The translations under genes were made by a program, and so were the position numbers. This document shows positions 1-9,752 of a DNA stretch of 64,000 bases, one piece after another (position 1 is the first letter of the stretch; every line of letters starts with the position of its first letter). The notes below the pieces were generated by a model. That model was not told the DNA's origin. It saw only the letters and a program-made list of their open reading frames with translations, and made no database searches. Origin of the DNA: an uncultured Chlamydiae bacterium (GTDB taxonomy: Bacteria > Chlamydiota > Chlamydiia > Chlamydiales > SM23-39); contig CAWHDP010000001.1 of the NCBI GenBank assembly GCA_963828125.1, positions 192,001-256,000 on the forward strand, in the 5' to 3' direction.

Positions 1-688
1 CGCCGCTCGCGAGCGCTCCGATCGCCAAATTCCAAATGATAGCGGGGAGAGGGCGATTTTTCTCGAGTTGAGCACTCGTACCGGCAGAGAGGGCGATCAC
101 CACAGCAGCGCAAACGGGAGATCCCCAATTCGGCAAGAAAAAAAGACCCAACGACATCACGAAGGCCGATCCGACCACTCCGACGAAAGAACCCGAGGCT
201 TGTTTGAGGGGGTGCTCATGCGATTCGAGATGGAGACCGAGCTCCTCTTCCAGCATCACTTGGAGAAGTCGGTTGTCATCGGCCATCAACACCTCGACCG
301 CCTCATCGAGGAGTTTGCCGGAAAAGCCTTTGGCGGCATACAAGGCGCGGAGCTCCTCTTTTTCCTGCGGCCGGTGGTGTTCGATTTCATAGCGCTCCTC
401 CTCGATGACTCGATGGAGCCGCTCGAGCCGCGACCAGCCTAAAATGGCGCTCCGCCCCACCTTCCAAATCAGCCAGCCCGAAAGAAAAACGAGCATGAAA
501 AGATCCGTTCCATTGGGGAGCAATGTCCACAAAATAAAAAGGATGAAGGCGGTCTCTTTCGCTGAATCGGCGGCAGCGCTGACATGGCCCGCCATCTCTG
601 TCCCATGAATTTCGGCGGAAGCCACTTTCCCCTTGAGCCGCGCATCGATCACGTGCTGCAGCGGTTCTTTTCCTTTGAAATGACTCAT
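1..688 (-). CDS. VIT1/CCC1-like membrane protein (chlamydial CT728-like), 3' end runs off the window
   Basis: Not in the ORF track. My translation from ATG at 688 (ATGA overlap with the upstream stop) gives MSHFKGKEPLQHVIDARLKG...EEERYEIEHHRPQEKEELRALYAAKGFSGKLLDEAVEVLMADDNRLLQVMLEEELGL, the VIT1 cytosolic signature, flanked by hydrophobic helices. Confidence 0.8.
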   Translation of the reverse strand, partial: MSHFKGKEPLQHVIDARLKGKVASAEIHGTEMAGHVSAAADSAKETAFILFILWTLLPNGTDLFMLVFLSGWLIWKVGRSAILGWSRLERLHRVIEEERYEIEHHRPQEKEELRALYAAKGFSGKLLDEAVEVLMADDNRLLQVMLEEELGLHLESHEHPLKQASGSFVGVVGSAFVMSLGLFFLPNWGSPVCAAVVIALSAGTSAQLEKNRPLPAIIWNLAIGALASG

Positions 689-1962
689 AGCTCCTCGGGA
701 TGGAACAGAGGCTCTTCAAGAGCGGCTTTCATTAAATCGTAAAGCCAAATTTGATCTCGCGCGGCAATCGTTTCGCGTACTGAATGCATGGCCCAGCAGG
801 CAATGCCGAGATCGACTGTGGGGAGCCCTGGATTGGCCCCCATCATTGCCCCGACGGTTCCTCCCCCCGAAAGATCGGATCGATTTGCGGTCAGTTGGAT
901 AGGGATTTTATGTTTTTGGGCGAGCCGCACGATCGGGGCGGCAGTGGCCCCGCTCGTTGCATACCGGGCGCTGAACTTGACGATCGGCCCCTTTCCCATC
1001 CATGGAGAATTTTGCGGATCATTTTTATCGGCGAAATTTGGATGGAAGGCATGGCCGACGTCGGCAGAGAGGCAGAGCGAAGCGCTCTTCATCCGGTAGT
1101 AATCTTCCCGATCCATTTTGCAGTGCATGCAGATCCGCTCGAAGAGCTCGTTGACAAACAGGGAGTCTGCACCGGCGTAGGTCTGCGAGCCGATCTCCTC
1201 GTGATCCCAAAAAATAGCCATCTGGATCGATTCTTTGCGGGGGCGAGCTTGAAGAAGCGCCTCAAGGCTAGCAAAGGCCGAGGTGAGATTATCGAGCCGG
1301 TAGGAAGAGATCATCTCATCATCGAACCCGTTGAATCCCGCTTTTTCGATGGGAACTAAAAAGAGATCGAAACTGAGGAGCGTTTTAAACGGGTGCTGTT
1401 TTCGGAGCGTCTCTTCGAGATATTTCTCTTGGCTCGTCAAACTGTAAACAGCCCTCAAATGATCCTGCTTATGGACAATCAGCCCCTTGTCGTTCACATC
1501 TCGGTTGAGGTGAATCGCAAGGCTCGGGATGATGACTGGAAAATCGTCGAGATAGACCCTTTTCGAAGCGCACTGTTCATATTGATCGAGAACGACGATT
1601 CGCCCTGCGACGGAAAGATCTCGGTCCAGCCAAGTGTGAAGGAGCGGGCCCCCGTACAATTCGGTTCCGAGCTGCCCGATTCCGTTTGAGGCGATTTCAG
1701 GGAGAGGTTTGATTTTAAGGGCGGGGCTATCGATGTGGCTTGCGAGGAGAGTGGCCGAAATAGGCGCTCTCATCGGCATCCGGAAGGCGGCGACGAGTGT
1801 ATCTTCCCGCGTCACAAAATAGCCCTTTCCCGGTTCGAGGATCCACTTCTCTCTTTCGGTGAGCGGCGTGAAATCGGCCTCTGCTAAACGAACCCCAATC
1901 TCACTTGCGGCGTGATAAACGGTTGGAGAACGGTTTAGAAAACGGACAAATCTCTCCAACAT
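685..1962 (-). CDS. M18 family aminopeptidase (aspartyl aminopeptidase-like)
   Basis: Motifs SPTVYHA, SHIDSP, ELYGG..WLDRDLSVAGR, RLDNL, DHEEIGS, ADVGHAFHPN, MHSVRE. Confidence 0.92.
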   Translation of the reverse strand: MLERFVRFLNRSPTVYHAASEIGVRLAEADFTPLTEREKWILEPGKGYFVTREDTLVAAFRMPMRAPISATLLASHIDSPALKIKPLPEIASNGIGQLGTELYGGPLLHTWLDRDLSVAGRIVVLDQYEQCASKRVYLDDFPVIIPSLAIHLNRDVNDKGLIVHKQDHLRAVYSLTSQEKYLEETLRKQHPFKTLLSFDLFLVPIEKAGFNGFDDEMISSYRLDNLTSAFASLEALLQARPRKESIQMAIFWDHEEIGSQTYAGADSLFVNELFERICMHCKMDREDYYRMKSASLCLSADVGHAFHPNFADKNDPQNSPWMGKGPIVKFSARYATSGATAAPIVRLAQKHKIPIQLTANRSDLSGGGTVGAMMGANPGLPTVDLGIACWAMHSVRETIAARDQIWLYDLMKAALEEPLFHPEEL

Positions 1963-1965
1963 GTT

Positions 1966-3246
1966 TTACCTCGGTTCAATAGAGACAATCTCTTCTTCTA
2001 AATACCTATGGAGAGCTTTTGGCACAAGGACAGAACCGTCTTCCCGCTGATTATTTTCGAGTAGCGCAACCATGAGCCTCGATGTCGCAAGGCCCGAACC
2101 ATTCAACGTATGAACCAGCTGAGGCTTCTCATTTTTGCGTCGGTAGCGAATCTGAGATCTACGCGATTGAAAATCGGTGCAGTTTGAGACGGAAGAGACC
2201 TCATAGTATCTATTTTGGCCCGGCAACCACACCTCAATATCGATCGTCTTTGCGGCGGCAAAAGACATATCGCCCGTCGTTAAAAGCATATTTCGGTAGT
2301 GAACGCCCAACCCTTGTAGAATTTCCTCTGCGCTTGCAAGCATCTGCTCAAACATCTGCGAGCTCTCTTCGGGCGTGGTGAGGCAGAACATCTCCACTTT
2401 GTTGAATTGGTGCATCCGGATCAGGCCCCGCTCTTGCGAACCTGCCGCCCCAGCCTCCCTTCGAAAACAGGGGGTGTAGGCCGTATATTTGAGGGGGAGA
2501 TTTTCTTCATCGAGGATCTCATCGAAATGCATTCCGTTGATCGAGACTTCAGAGGTCGGAATCAAATACAAGTTGTAATCGGCGTCCTTGATCTTGAAGA
2601 GCTGCTGCTCGAATTTCGGCAATTGGCCTGAACCATACATGATCTCGGGGCGGACGAGAAGGGGAGGGATCACTTGAGTAAATCCATTCTTCCGATGCGT
2701 ATCGAGCATATAGTTCAATAGAGCCCATTCGAGCCTGGCCCCCATTCCGACATAGAGAGGCCAACCGGAACCCGATGTTTTGGCTCCGCGGGAAAAATCA
2801 AATAGTTTTAGCTTTTCGTTCAATTCCACATGGTTTTTAAACGGAAAAGCAAATTCTCTTTGAACCCCCCAACTTTTAATGCAGACATTGTCCTTAGGAC
2901 TGGGCGAAACGGGCACATCGTCCATGGGAATATTCGGCAAAACAGCAACCGCATGGTTTAAATCTTCTTCGACTTTAGCAATTTCCGCATCGCGCACGGA
3001 GATTTGTTCTCCCAGGCCGGTCATCTCCTCCATGAATTTGGAGATATCCTCGCCCTTCTGCTTGCGCATCCCAATCTCTTTAGAGGCCTGATTTTTTTTT
3101 GATTTAAATTCCTCCGTCTCTGTCTTGAGGGCGCGGAGCCTCTCGTCGAGGGCCATAATAGGAGCCAGCGAGATCTCGGGCACTTTATTTTTGAGCTTTG
3201 CCTCCAGGCCGCGGGGGTCTTTTCGAAGTTCTTTTAAATCGAGCAT
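1966..3246 (-). CDS. serS: serine--tRNA ligase
   Basis: N-terminal coiled coil; LIPTSEV, CFRREAG, RMHQFNKVE, EVSSVSNCTDFQSRR, HTLNGSGLA. Confidence 0.98.
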   Translation of the reverse strand: MLDLKELRKDPRGLEAKLKNKVPEISLAPIMALDERLRALKTETEEFKSKKNQASKEIGMRKQKGEDISKFMEEMTGLGEQISVRDAEIAKVEEDLNHAVAVLPNIPMDDVPVSPSPKDNVCIKSWGVQREFAFPFKNHVELNEKLKLFDFSRGAKTSGSGWPLYVGMGARLEWALLNYMLDTHRKNGFTQVIPPLLVRPEIMYGSGQLPKFEQQLFKIKDADYNLYLIPTSEVSINGMHFDEILDEENLPLKYTAYTPCFRREAGAAGSQERGLIRMHQFNKVEMFCLTTPEESSQMFEQMLASAEEILQGLGVHYRNMLLTTGDMSFAAAKTIDIEVWLPGQNRYYEVSSVSNCTDFQSRRSQIRYRRKNEKPQLVHTLNGSGLATSRLMVALLENNQREDGSVLVPKALHRYLEEEIVSIEPR

Positions 3247-3501
3247 ATCAACACCTCAATAGACATAAAAATATAAATCGTTCTGTGGCTTTTAGTACAG
3301 GATTTTTTGAGGTAAAAATATTTATTGACAAAAAGACATCGATTTGGCACAAGTCCTCCTTTTCTTGTCACCAGTATCAATGTGGTTTGTTTGGATCGTC
3401 CTTATGGGGCCCTGCTTCCTAACGATGTCAAGAGCATCGGTATAGCTTTCTTCATGAATCGTAAAATGTTTGCCAACATAGGTTCAAGAACGGCTAACAA
3501 T

Positions 3502-5514
3502 TTAGTATATTTCATAACATCCAATGGCTTCCGTTTTTATTATCTCTGAAACCGCGTCCTGATAATCACCTTGAATAAAATAGTGTCCACCCAGAAAAGG
3601 CTGAGTGTCATTCTGAGGAATCGGTAGAATCCTAGCGCCTCTTTTCTTGGCAGACTGAATCCCAGCATCCCCCCCATTACAAATCTTGGAGGGCCAATCT
3701 TTATCTCCGATTATATTTACCACCTTACAGGCTAAATGATTTTCAATAATGGCCGTGGTTCCTGTGGTTATGACAACGATGGTATCCCGGCATTCGGGAG
3801 AGAGTTGCTTCAGAGCCTCCTTAAACACGTACCCTCCGTTGCTAAACGTAACATGCAACTGCTTCAGACGGGGATTTCCCGTTTTGATGATATTTTCAGC
3901 TATTTGAGAAAGGGGTGCAACCTCATAATCGATCGACGTCTGTATTTTGGTGTCATGCAAAAGAGCCCCAGGCAACTCAAGGCCCTGAAGGAACTCACTA
4001 TCAATGCCAGAAGTCAATATCGGCTCAAAGGAAGAAGCCAGCTTGCCCAACCCTACCACAGCCAGCCCTTTCACCAGGCTGCTGGAGTGGATCTGATGGG
4101 GTTGAACAGCGAACTGTTTATCTAAACTCTCGTTTAATCTGAGGCCCCCTTCAACTACCGAGCCAAACGTATTGTTGATTCCGCAATGGAAATGTACCGT
4201 ACGCTGGTCAGCATACCCAAGTAGGGGAATTTCACGGAAAGGCGCCGCTGGTTTTTGAGTAGCCAGAGTAGAGGCATAATTATTTCGTAGAGTCCGTCCT
4301 TCCTCAGGCTTGAACAATCTCTCGATTGTGGCCCTAGCTATTTTGTAATCGGGTTCATAAATCTGTTCCTGCAGAACCTGGCTCATGTATTCTGCAAACG
4401 ACTTGTTGTAAAGAGAGGGCAGTTCTCTCTCGGCGAGTTGTTCTTTGTAGTCTGGCGCATGAACAGTTTCCAGGCATTTTTCTATATGCTGAACGAATTC
4501 CTCACCATAATTCGGCCTTCTTCTCGTCAGTAAATCGTCGATGTAGTTGGGCTGACGCGCCTCATTGATTTGAGTAACAAGCATCTCCACAAGTTGCTGA
4601 TTAGCAGATTTTGTAACAGAATCGCTTGGTTCTGCATTCTGAGGCGCTGAATGTGGATCTCGGAGACCAAACTCTGAGTAAGCACGTGCAAAATATTCCT
4701 GACCATATACAGATTCAGGGTTCACTCTGCCAGAAAATTGAAAAGGGGGCGCTTCAGGAACCACCGTCGGTTGTAGCAATGACTCACCAGCCGTTAACGG
4801 CGCAATTGGATCACGAGTTGGAATAGCTGAGTGAATGTTCGTAAGAATCTCTGATTGCGACAAGATAGGAGACGATTCTCCATTTAGGGCCACGCTCTGA
4901 GGAGGTACTTGAGGCTTGAGGACGGTAGAAGTCGGAGGCTGAGCCTTTTTATCACCTTTGTCCGCAAAAGACTGAATCAACGCAATGCTACCAGCGGCAG
5001 CCGCTTCCGTCCCTGTTCCACCAGTGGCAATAGTGACCGCCACTACGACAGTTGTCGCAGCTAAAATCGCGGTTCCAATGATGATTTCAGTTTTGTACTC
5101 TTCCCAAACTTCCTTAACAGCCTCACAAGTTTTTTCGGCTATCTCACAGGTTTCATGCCAAGCATTGGACGCGACTTTTTTAGTTTTTTTCCAGCCTTTG
5201 GATACCGCTTTTCCGAAACTTACCTCCTCGATTTCCCAACCATCTGAAGTTCGAATCAGATGGGCAAAGGATTTCTTAACGAGGGGGCGTTGTTCAGGCC
5301 GGCTCCCAATCCAAGCCAATTTAAACGCGAGGAGATCGCTCTTCGAATCGCCAACCGCAAGCATTTCCATGATTCGGCGGACTACGGCCGATTCCATTTC
5401 CGGAATATCGCTCCATAACAAGTCGCGCCCATTCCACTTTCTCGTCTCATTCTCATAATCATCCTGGCCATAAGAAGATTCCCCAACTGGCTCGAGTGAC
5501 AATTCGATACTCAT
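3502..5514 (-). CDS. hypothetical protein with one TM segment and a C-terminal alpha/beta-hydrolase-like (DUF687-like) domain
   Basis: About 670-aa ORF; hydrophobic IIIGTAILAATTVVVAVTIA; C-terminal GINNT, TFSNGG, GDKD, GGHYF. ATG at 5514 follows a GGGGG SD-like tract. Confidence 0.6.
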   Translation of the reverse strand: MSIELSLEPVGESSYGQDDYENETRKWNGRDLLWSDIPEMESAVVRRIMEMLAVGDSKSDLLAFKLAWIGSRPEQRPLVKKSFAHLIRTSDGWEIEEVSFGKAVSKGWKKTKKVASNAWHETCEIAEKTCEAVKEVWEEYKTEIIIGTAILAATTVVVAVTIATGGTGTEAAAAGSIALIQSFADKGDKKAQPPTSTVLKPQVPPQSVALNGESSPILSQSEILTNIHSAIPTRDPIAPLTAGESLLQPTVVPEAPPFQFSGRVNPESVYGQEYFARAYSEFGLRDPHSAPQNAEPSDSVTKSANQQLVEMLVTQINEARQPNYIDDLLTRRRPNYGEEFVQHIEKCLETVHAPDYKEQLAERELPSLYNKSFAEYMSQVLQEQIYEPDYKIARATIERLFKPEEGRTLRNNYASTLATQKPAAPFREIPLLGYADQRTVHFHCGINNTFGSVVEGGLRLNESLDKQFAVQPHQIHSSSLVKGLAVVGLGKLASSFEPILTSGIDSEFLQGLELPGALLHDTKIQTSIDYEVAPLSQIAENIIKTGNPRLKQLHVTFSNGGYVFKEALKQLSPECRDTIVVITTGTTAIIENHLACKVVNIIGDKDWPSKICNGGDAGIQSAKKRGARILPIPQNDTQPFLGGHYFIQGDYQDAVSEIIKTEAIGCYEIY

Positions 5515-5582
5515 ATCAACCCCCAAATTTTTGAGCGCCGAGTGTAAGTATTTTTTTTATTTATATAAAGATTTTTTTACAG

Positions 5583-5635
5583 TACTGGACATTGGCCGTT
5601 TCTCAGCGCTTGGCGCCTCGGATATTTGCCCCGCA
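5583..5635 (+). repeat. MITE/palindromic repeat family A, partial (left arm TACTGGACATTGGCC)
   Basis: 38/48 nt identical by eye to the element at 16715; the arm is the near reverse complement of GGCCCATGTCCAGT at 16775-16788. Confidence 0.65.
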
Positions 5636-5783
5636 GCGAAGGAGCTTTCGCGCGCCCCAAATGCTTTACTTTATTGTTGGATAGCCCCTCAGGGCCTGCC
5701 TGTGCTTCTCTCGCCCGGATTCCAAAAAGAGCGCTCTACGTAAAGGTATGATTCGCAATTAATTCTTCACTTGTGGTACGCTC

Positions 5784-6929
5784 ATGACCATGAAGTCAAG
5801 TTACCCTCAACCCAAAAATCCTCTCGTACTCCGCTATCATCGTTTGATGGACGCATTTGCCAAGTCGGATGATGAGCGCGATTTTTACCTCGATAAGGTC
5901 GAAGGATTCCTCCTCTACGTGGATCTCGATAAAGGGATCGAAGAGCTCGAGGCTTTAGAAAAAGAGATCGCTGAACATCCCGATCGTTTTGCCCTCCTCC
6001 CCAAAATGACTTTTTATGAGGTAAAAAAATTCATGGAGGGGTTTGTCCATGAAAAAGTCTACGATATTGATACGAAGGAGAAACTTCTCGATCTGATCGG
6101 CGCTAAGGAAGCCCGCGAAAATTTCCTCGAATTCATCTATGACCACCTCTCCGAACTGGAAAAATGGCAGCTCTATTACCAAGAGCGCTCCAGAATCCGG
6201 ATCATCGAATGGCTCCGGCAATATAATATCCAATTCGTTTTTGAAGAAGATCTTGAGCTGACCAAAAACGTGGTAGAAAAGCTAAAACGGGCCCTTTTCG
6301 ATTCGAAGGTGCCGAAGGATGTCGCTCAAGCCCGCGAGGTTCTCTCTGCCAAGGCTAAAACCTACTACTCCAACGAGGCGCTCAATCCCCGTCCCAAAAG
6401 GGGCCGTCCTCCCAAACAGGTGGCGAAAGTTGAACTCGAACCGCAAATGACGGTCGATATTTATACTCAGGTTCCTGCCGCTTGCCGCCTGTTCCTCTAT
6501 ATCCCTGATATCGCTTCTGCTGCATCTGTCACATTCTCGTCGAAATTCGAGACCGAAGAACACCTTCTGGCCTCTCTTCGCGGCAGCCCAAGATACAAAG
6601 TGGATGAAAAACTCCAAGCTCTCTCGGAAAGGCTCGAGTCTCTCCGCCATCTGAGCAATCGGCTCGCCGGAGCTGAAAAAATGTTTGGCGAGGATGGGGG
6701 TAAAAAACCGTTTGTCCCATTCATCAAACCTAAATTTAAAGACAGCAAGTCGGTTGAGCGGATGCAAGAGGAAGAGGCTCCGAAGGTCGAGTCGGCCACT
6801 TTTGGCATATTGCCTAAAAAGAGAGGACGCCCCCGTAAAGATGAGCAGGCTGAGGAGTTTGCCCCTCAAAAACGGCGCCGCTTTGCCATCAAAAAAGTCT
6901 CTCAAATTAAAACGAAGAAAGAAAAATAA
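5784..6929 (+). CDS. UPF0158 family protein (CT429-like) with AT-hook motifs
   Basis: NPLVLRYHRLMDAFAKSDDERDFYLD chlamydial signature; RPKRGRPPK and PKKRGRPRK. Confidence 0.85.
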   Translation: MTMKSSYPQPKNPLVLRYHRLMDAFAKSDDERDFYLDKVEGFLLYVDLDKGIEELEALEKEIAEHPDRFALLPKMTFYEVKKFMEGFVHEKVYDIDTKEKLLDLIGAKEARENFLEFIYDHLSELEKWQLYYQERSRIRIIEWLRQYNIQFVFEEDLELTKNVVEKLKRALFDSKVPKDVAQAREVLSAKAKTYYSNEALNPRPKRGRPPKQVAKVELEPQMTVDIYTQVPAACRLFLYIPDIASAASVTFSSKFETEEHLLASLRGSPRYKVDEKLQALSERLESLRHLSNRLAGAEKMFGEDGGKKPFVPFIKPKFKDSKSVERMQEEEAPKVESATFGILPKKRGRPRKDEQAEEFAPQKRRRFAIKKVSQIKTKKEK

Positions 6930-6953
6930 GGGCGCCTACGGTATAGTACTTGC

Positions 6954-8978
6954 ATGTCTTATTGCAACACAGCGCGTAGTATAGAAAAAATTCACTTGCT
7001 AAAGACCCTCGAGGTGATGCATCTCACCCGTTTTATGGACGATAAAATGTCGAAACTCGTCCGGCAAAATAAGGGGGCTACTTTTCATCTCCCTGTTGCG
7101 GGCCATGAAATGATCGGAGCCCTCAGCGCCCTCTCCCTCATCCCCGGCACTGACTGGGCCTATCCCTACTACCGAGACAGGGCCTTTGCCATCGGCCTCG
7201 GCTGCAGTATCGAGGATCTCCTTGCCTCTTTTTTAGCTCGCGAAATCCCGCACCACTCTGGCGGCCGGATGATGCCGGAACATTTTTCGCAAAAAAATCT
7301 CCGCATCCCATGCCAGTCAAGCGTGGTCGGCTCTCAGTTTCTACAGGCGGTCGGAACAGCCAAATCGGCCCTCTTACGCGGAACGAACGAGGTGGTCTAT
7401 GTCTCTGGCGGCGACGGATCTACTTCTCAGGGCGACTTTCACGAAGCTCTCAATTTTTCCTGCATCCACAATCTCCCTATCCTGTTCGTCATTCAGGACA
7501 ACGGCTGGGCGATCTCGGTTCCTATTGCAGAGCAGACGGCTGGCGGCGCCATCGCCAAGATGGCCCGCGGCTATGAAGGGCTTGCCGTTTTCGAATGCGA
7601 CGGGTGCGATTATCTTGAGACTACGGAGGCGCTCAGCGCCGCTGTACAAAAAGCCCGCTTGGGCAACGGCCCTAGCCTCATTGCCGCACATGTCCCCCGT
7701 ATCGGTCCGCATAGCAGCAGCGACGATCCCAAAAAATACAAAGATGCAGAGTCTCTTGCCGTAGAGAAAAGCCGCGATCCGATCGCCCAATTTGAACGGT
7801 GGCTTTTGACAGATGGACTGCTCACATTGGGAGAGCTTGAGGATCTCCGTCAACTCCACTTTGATCGCATTGAAGCTGCTGCGCTCGCCGCCGATCAAAT
7901 TCCATTTCCGTCCCGTGCCTCGGCGGCTGATAAAGTGTTTGCCCCTTTCGATGCGCCTTTTTGCCAATCTGCTGAAGCCTCTGGCGAGTCGATTGTCCTC
8001 ATGGACGCTCTCAATCACGCCCTTGTGGAAGAGATGGAGCGCGATCCGGGTGTTGTCGTATTCGGCCAGGATGTCGCCCATGGAAAGGGGGGTGTTTTTG
8101 GCATCACCCGCTCGCTCACCGACCGTTTTGGCAAAGACCGTTGCTTCAATACTCCTCTTGCCGAATCGACCATCGTCGGCCTGGCGATCGGACTTTCGCA
8201 GGATGGCTATCACAAACCTGTTGCCGAGATCCAATTCGCCGATTACGCGTGGACTGGAATGAATCAGATCTTCAATGAACTCTCGAGCATTTATTACCGC
8301 TCGAACGGCCTTTGGAATTGCCCTGTCGTTATCCGGATGCCTTATGGCGGCTATATTCAAGGAGGCCCTTATCACTCACAGAGTCCTGAGGCGTATCTCA
8401 GCCATTGCCCCGGTCTCAAAGTTGTGATCCCGAGCAATGCCGCCGACGCTAAACGGCTCCTCAAAACGGCGATCCGCGATCCAAATCCGGTCCTTTTTCT
8501 CGAACATAAGGCCCTCTATCGGCAGCGCCTCTTCTCGGCTCGCCCTGAAACGGGGGCCGATGAATTCCTCCCCTTCGGTCTGGCGAACATTGTCCGCCCT
8601 GGCTCTGACGTCACTATCGTCTCATGGGGAATGACTGTCCTGATGGCGGTCGAATCGGCCGAAGTCCTTTTAAAAGAGGGTATTTCTGTTGAGGTGATCG
8701 ATCTTCGGACTATTGTGCCGCTCGATTTTGCCACCGTCCTCGCCTCGGTCAAGAAGACCGGCAAACTTCTCATTGCTCACGAAGCTGCCCGTAATTGCGG
8801 CTTTGGCGCCGAGCTAGCCGCTCGCGCTGCGGAAGAGGCGTTTCTTTATCTCGACGCCCCTATCCAGAGAGTGGCTGGCAAAGACTGCCCTGTCCCTTAT
8901 TGCAAAGATCTCGAGGAGGAGGTTTTGCCTCAAAAAAAAGAGATCGAGACGGCCCTGCGAAACTTGGCTCTATTCTAG
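6954..8978 (+). CDS. 2-oxoacid (branched-chain) dehydrogenase E1, fused alpha/beta subunits
   Basis: ThDP motif GDGSTSQGDFHEALN...DNGWAIS; HSSSDD; beta-subunit motifs TPLAESTI, EIQFADY, GGPYHSQ, VIDLRTI. Confidence 0.95.
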   Translation: MSYCNTARSIEKIHLLKTLEVMHLTRFMDDKMSKLVRQNKGATFHLPVAGHEMIGALSALSLIPGTDWAYPYYRDRAFAIGLGCSIEDLLASFLAREIPHHSGGRMMPEHFSQKNLRIPCQSSVVGSQFLQAVGTAKSALLRGTNEVVYVSGGDGSTSQGDFHEALNFSCIHNLPILFVIQDNGWAISVPIAEQTAGGAIAKMARGYEGLAVFECDGCDYLETTEALSAAVQKARLGNGPSLIAAHVPRIGPHSSSDDPKKYKDAESLAVEKSRDPIAQFERWLLTDGLLTLGELEDLRQLHFDRIEAAALAADQIPFPSRASAADKVFAPFDAPFCQSAEASGESIVLMDALNHALVEEMERDPGVVVFGQDVAHGKGGVFGITRSLTDRFGKDRCFNTPLAESTIVGLAIGLSQDGYHKPVAEIQFADYAWTGMNQIFNELSSIYYRSNGLWNCPVVIRMPYGGYIQGGPYHSQSPEAYLSHCPGLKVVIPSNAADAKRLLKTAIRDPNPVLFLEHKALYRQRLFSARPETGADEFLPFGLANIVRPGSDVTIVSWGMTVLMAVESAEVLLKEGISVEVIDLRTIVPLDFATVLASVKKTGKLLIAHEAARNCGFGAELAARAAEEAFLYLDAPIQRVAGKDCPVPYCKDLEEEVLPQKKEIETALRNLALF

Positions 8979-9752
8979 CCTTGCTAGCCCTTTTGCCCGC
9001 GTCTTTTCGAACATCCATTTAAAAATCGAAAGCGCCGCTGCGAGATACAGAATGTTGAGCCCCATGCTGACCCAAAAGAAATAGGAGGGGAACGTTCCTG
9101 TGGCAATGATCGAGCGCATCCCCTCAAAGATATAAGTAGTTGGAAGACAAAGGGAGATCATTTGCGCCCACTCAGGAAGGACATGAAGCGGATAAAAGAC
9201 CGCGCTGAACGGGGCGAAGAGAAAGGCGATCATCCAGGCGAACATCTCCACTTTGTGGCCATAATAAATGATCAAACTCGACGAGAGGAAGGAGAGGCTC
9301 CAGCCGAAGATGAGGAGTGAGGCGGCAAAGGGGAGGAAGGTCCATCCGACCGTAAAGACGTTGAGCGAAAAAAGGATAAAGACCGCAAGCCCCCCAAAGG
9401 CAATTGTGATCACCAACTTGCAAAGGCACAAAAGGATCATCCCTGCAATCCATTCTGTGATTTTGAGGGGCGTCGAGAAAAGGTTCACGAGGTTCCGGTG
9501 CCAAAATTCCTGCAAGAGGCTGACCGAAATATCGATCGAGCCGCGCCAGGTAATTTGCCAGAAAATGAGGGCCGTCATCAAAATGAGGGGAAGATTATCT
9601 ACATGGCTTTGGCTCTTGATCCAAAAAGAGGTGAGCCCCCAGATCAAAATGTCGACGAGGGGCCAGTAGAAAAGATCAGATAGCTGATGGAGCCCCTTCT
9701 TTGCGACGAAGAAATAGCGGAAAAATACGCCTTTGACGCGGAGCCATTTCAT
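8970..9752 (-). CDS. ABC-2 type transporter permease
   Basis: About 6 TM segments, NLVNLFSTPL and AVFYPLHVLPEW motifs; coupled to the ABC ATPase. Confidence 0.9.
   Translation of the reverse strand: MKWLRVKGVFFRYFFVAKKGLHQLSDLFYWPLVDILIWGLTSFWIKSQSHVDNLPLILMTALIFWQITWRGSIDISVSLLQEFWHRNLVNLFSTPLKITEWIAGMILLCLCKLVITIAFGGLAVFILFSLNVFTVGWTFLPFAASLLIFGWSLSFLSSSLIIYYGHKVEMFAWMIAFLFAPFSAVFYPLHVLPEWAQMISLCLPTTYIFEGMRSIIATGTFPSYFFWVSMGLNILYLAAALSIFKWMFEKTRAKGLARLE

Noticed and set aside
68..719. ORF-track calls 68-442, 204-392, 387-719 and 405-608
   Set aside because: Shadows of the minus-strand VIT-like gene starting at 688.
7374..8375. 333-aa antisense ORF, and similar long antisense ORFs within aspS, rpsA, infB and phnP
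   Set aside because: Opposite-strand shadows of well-supported genes with no recognisable motifs.
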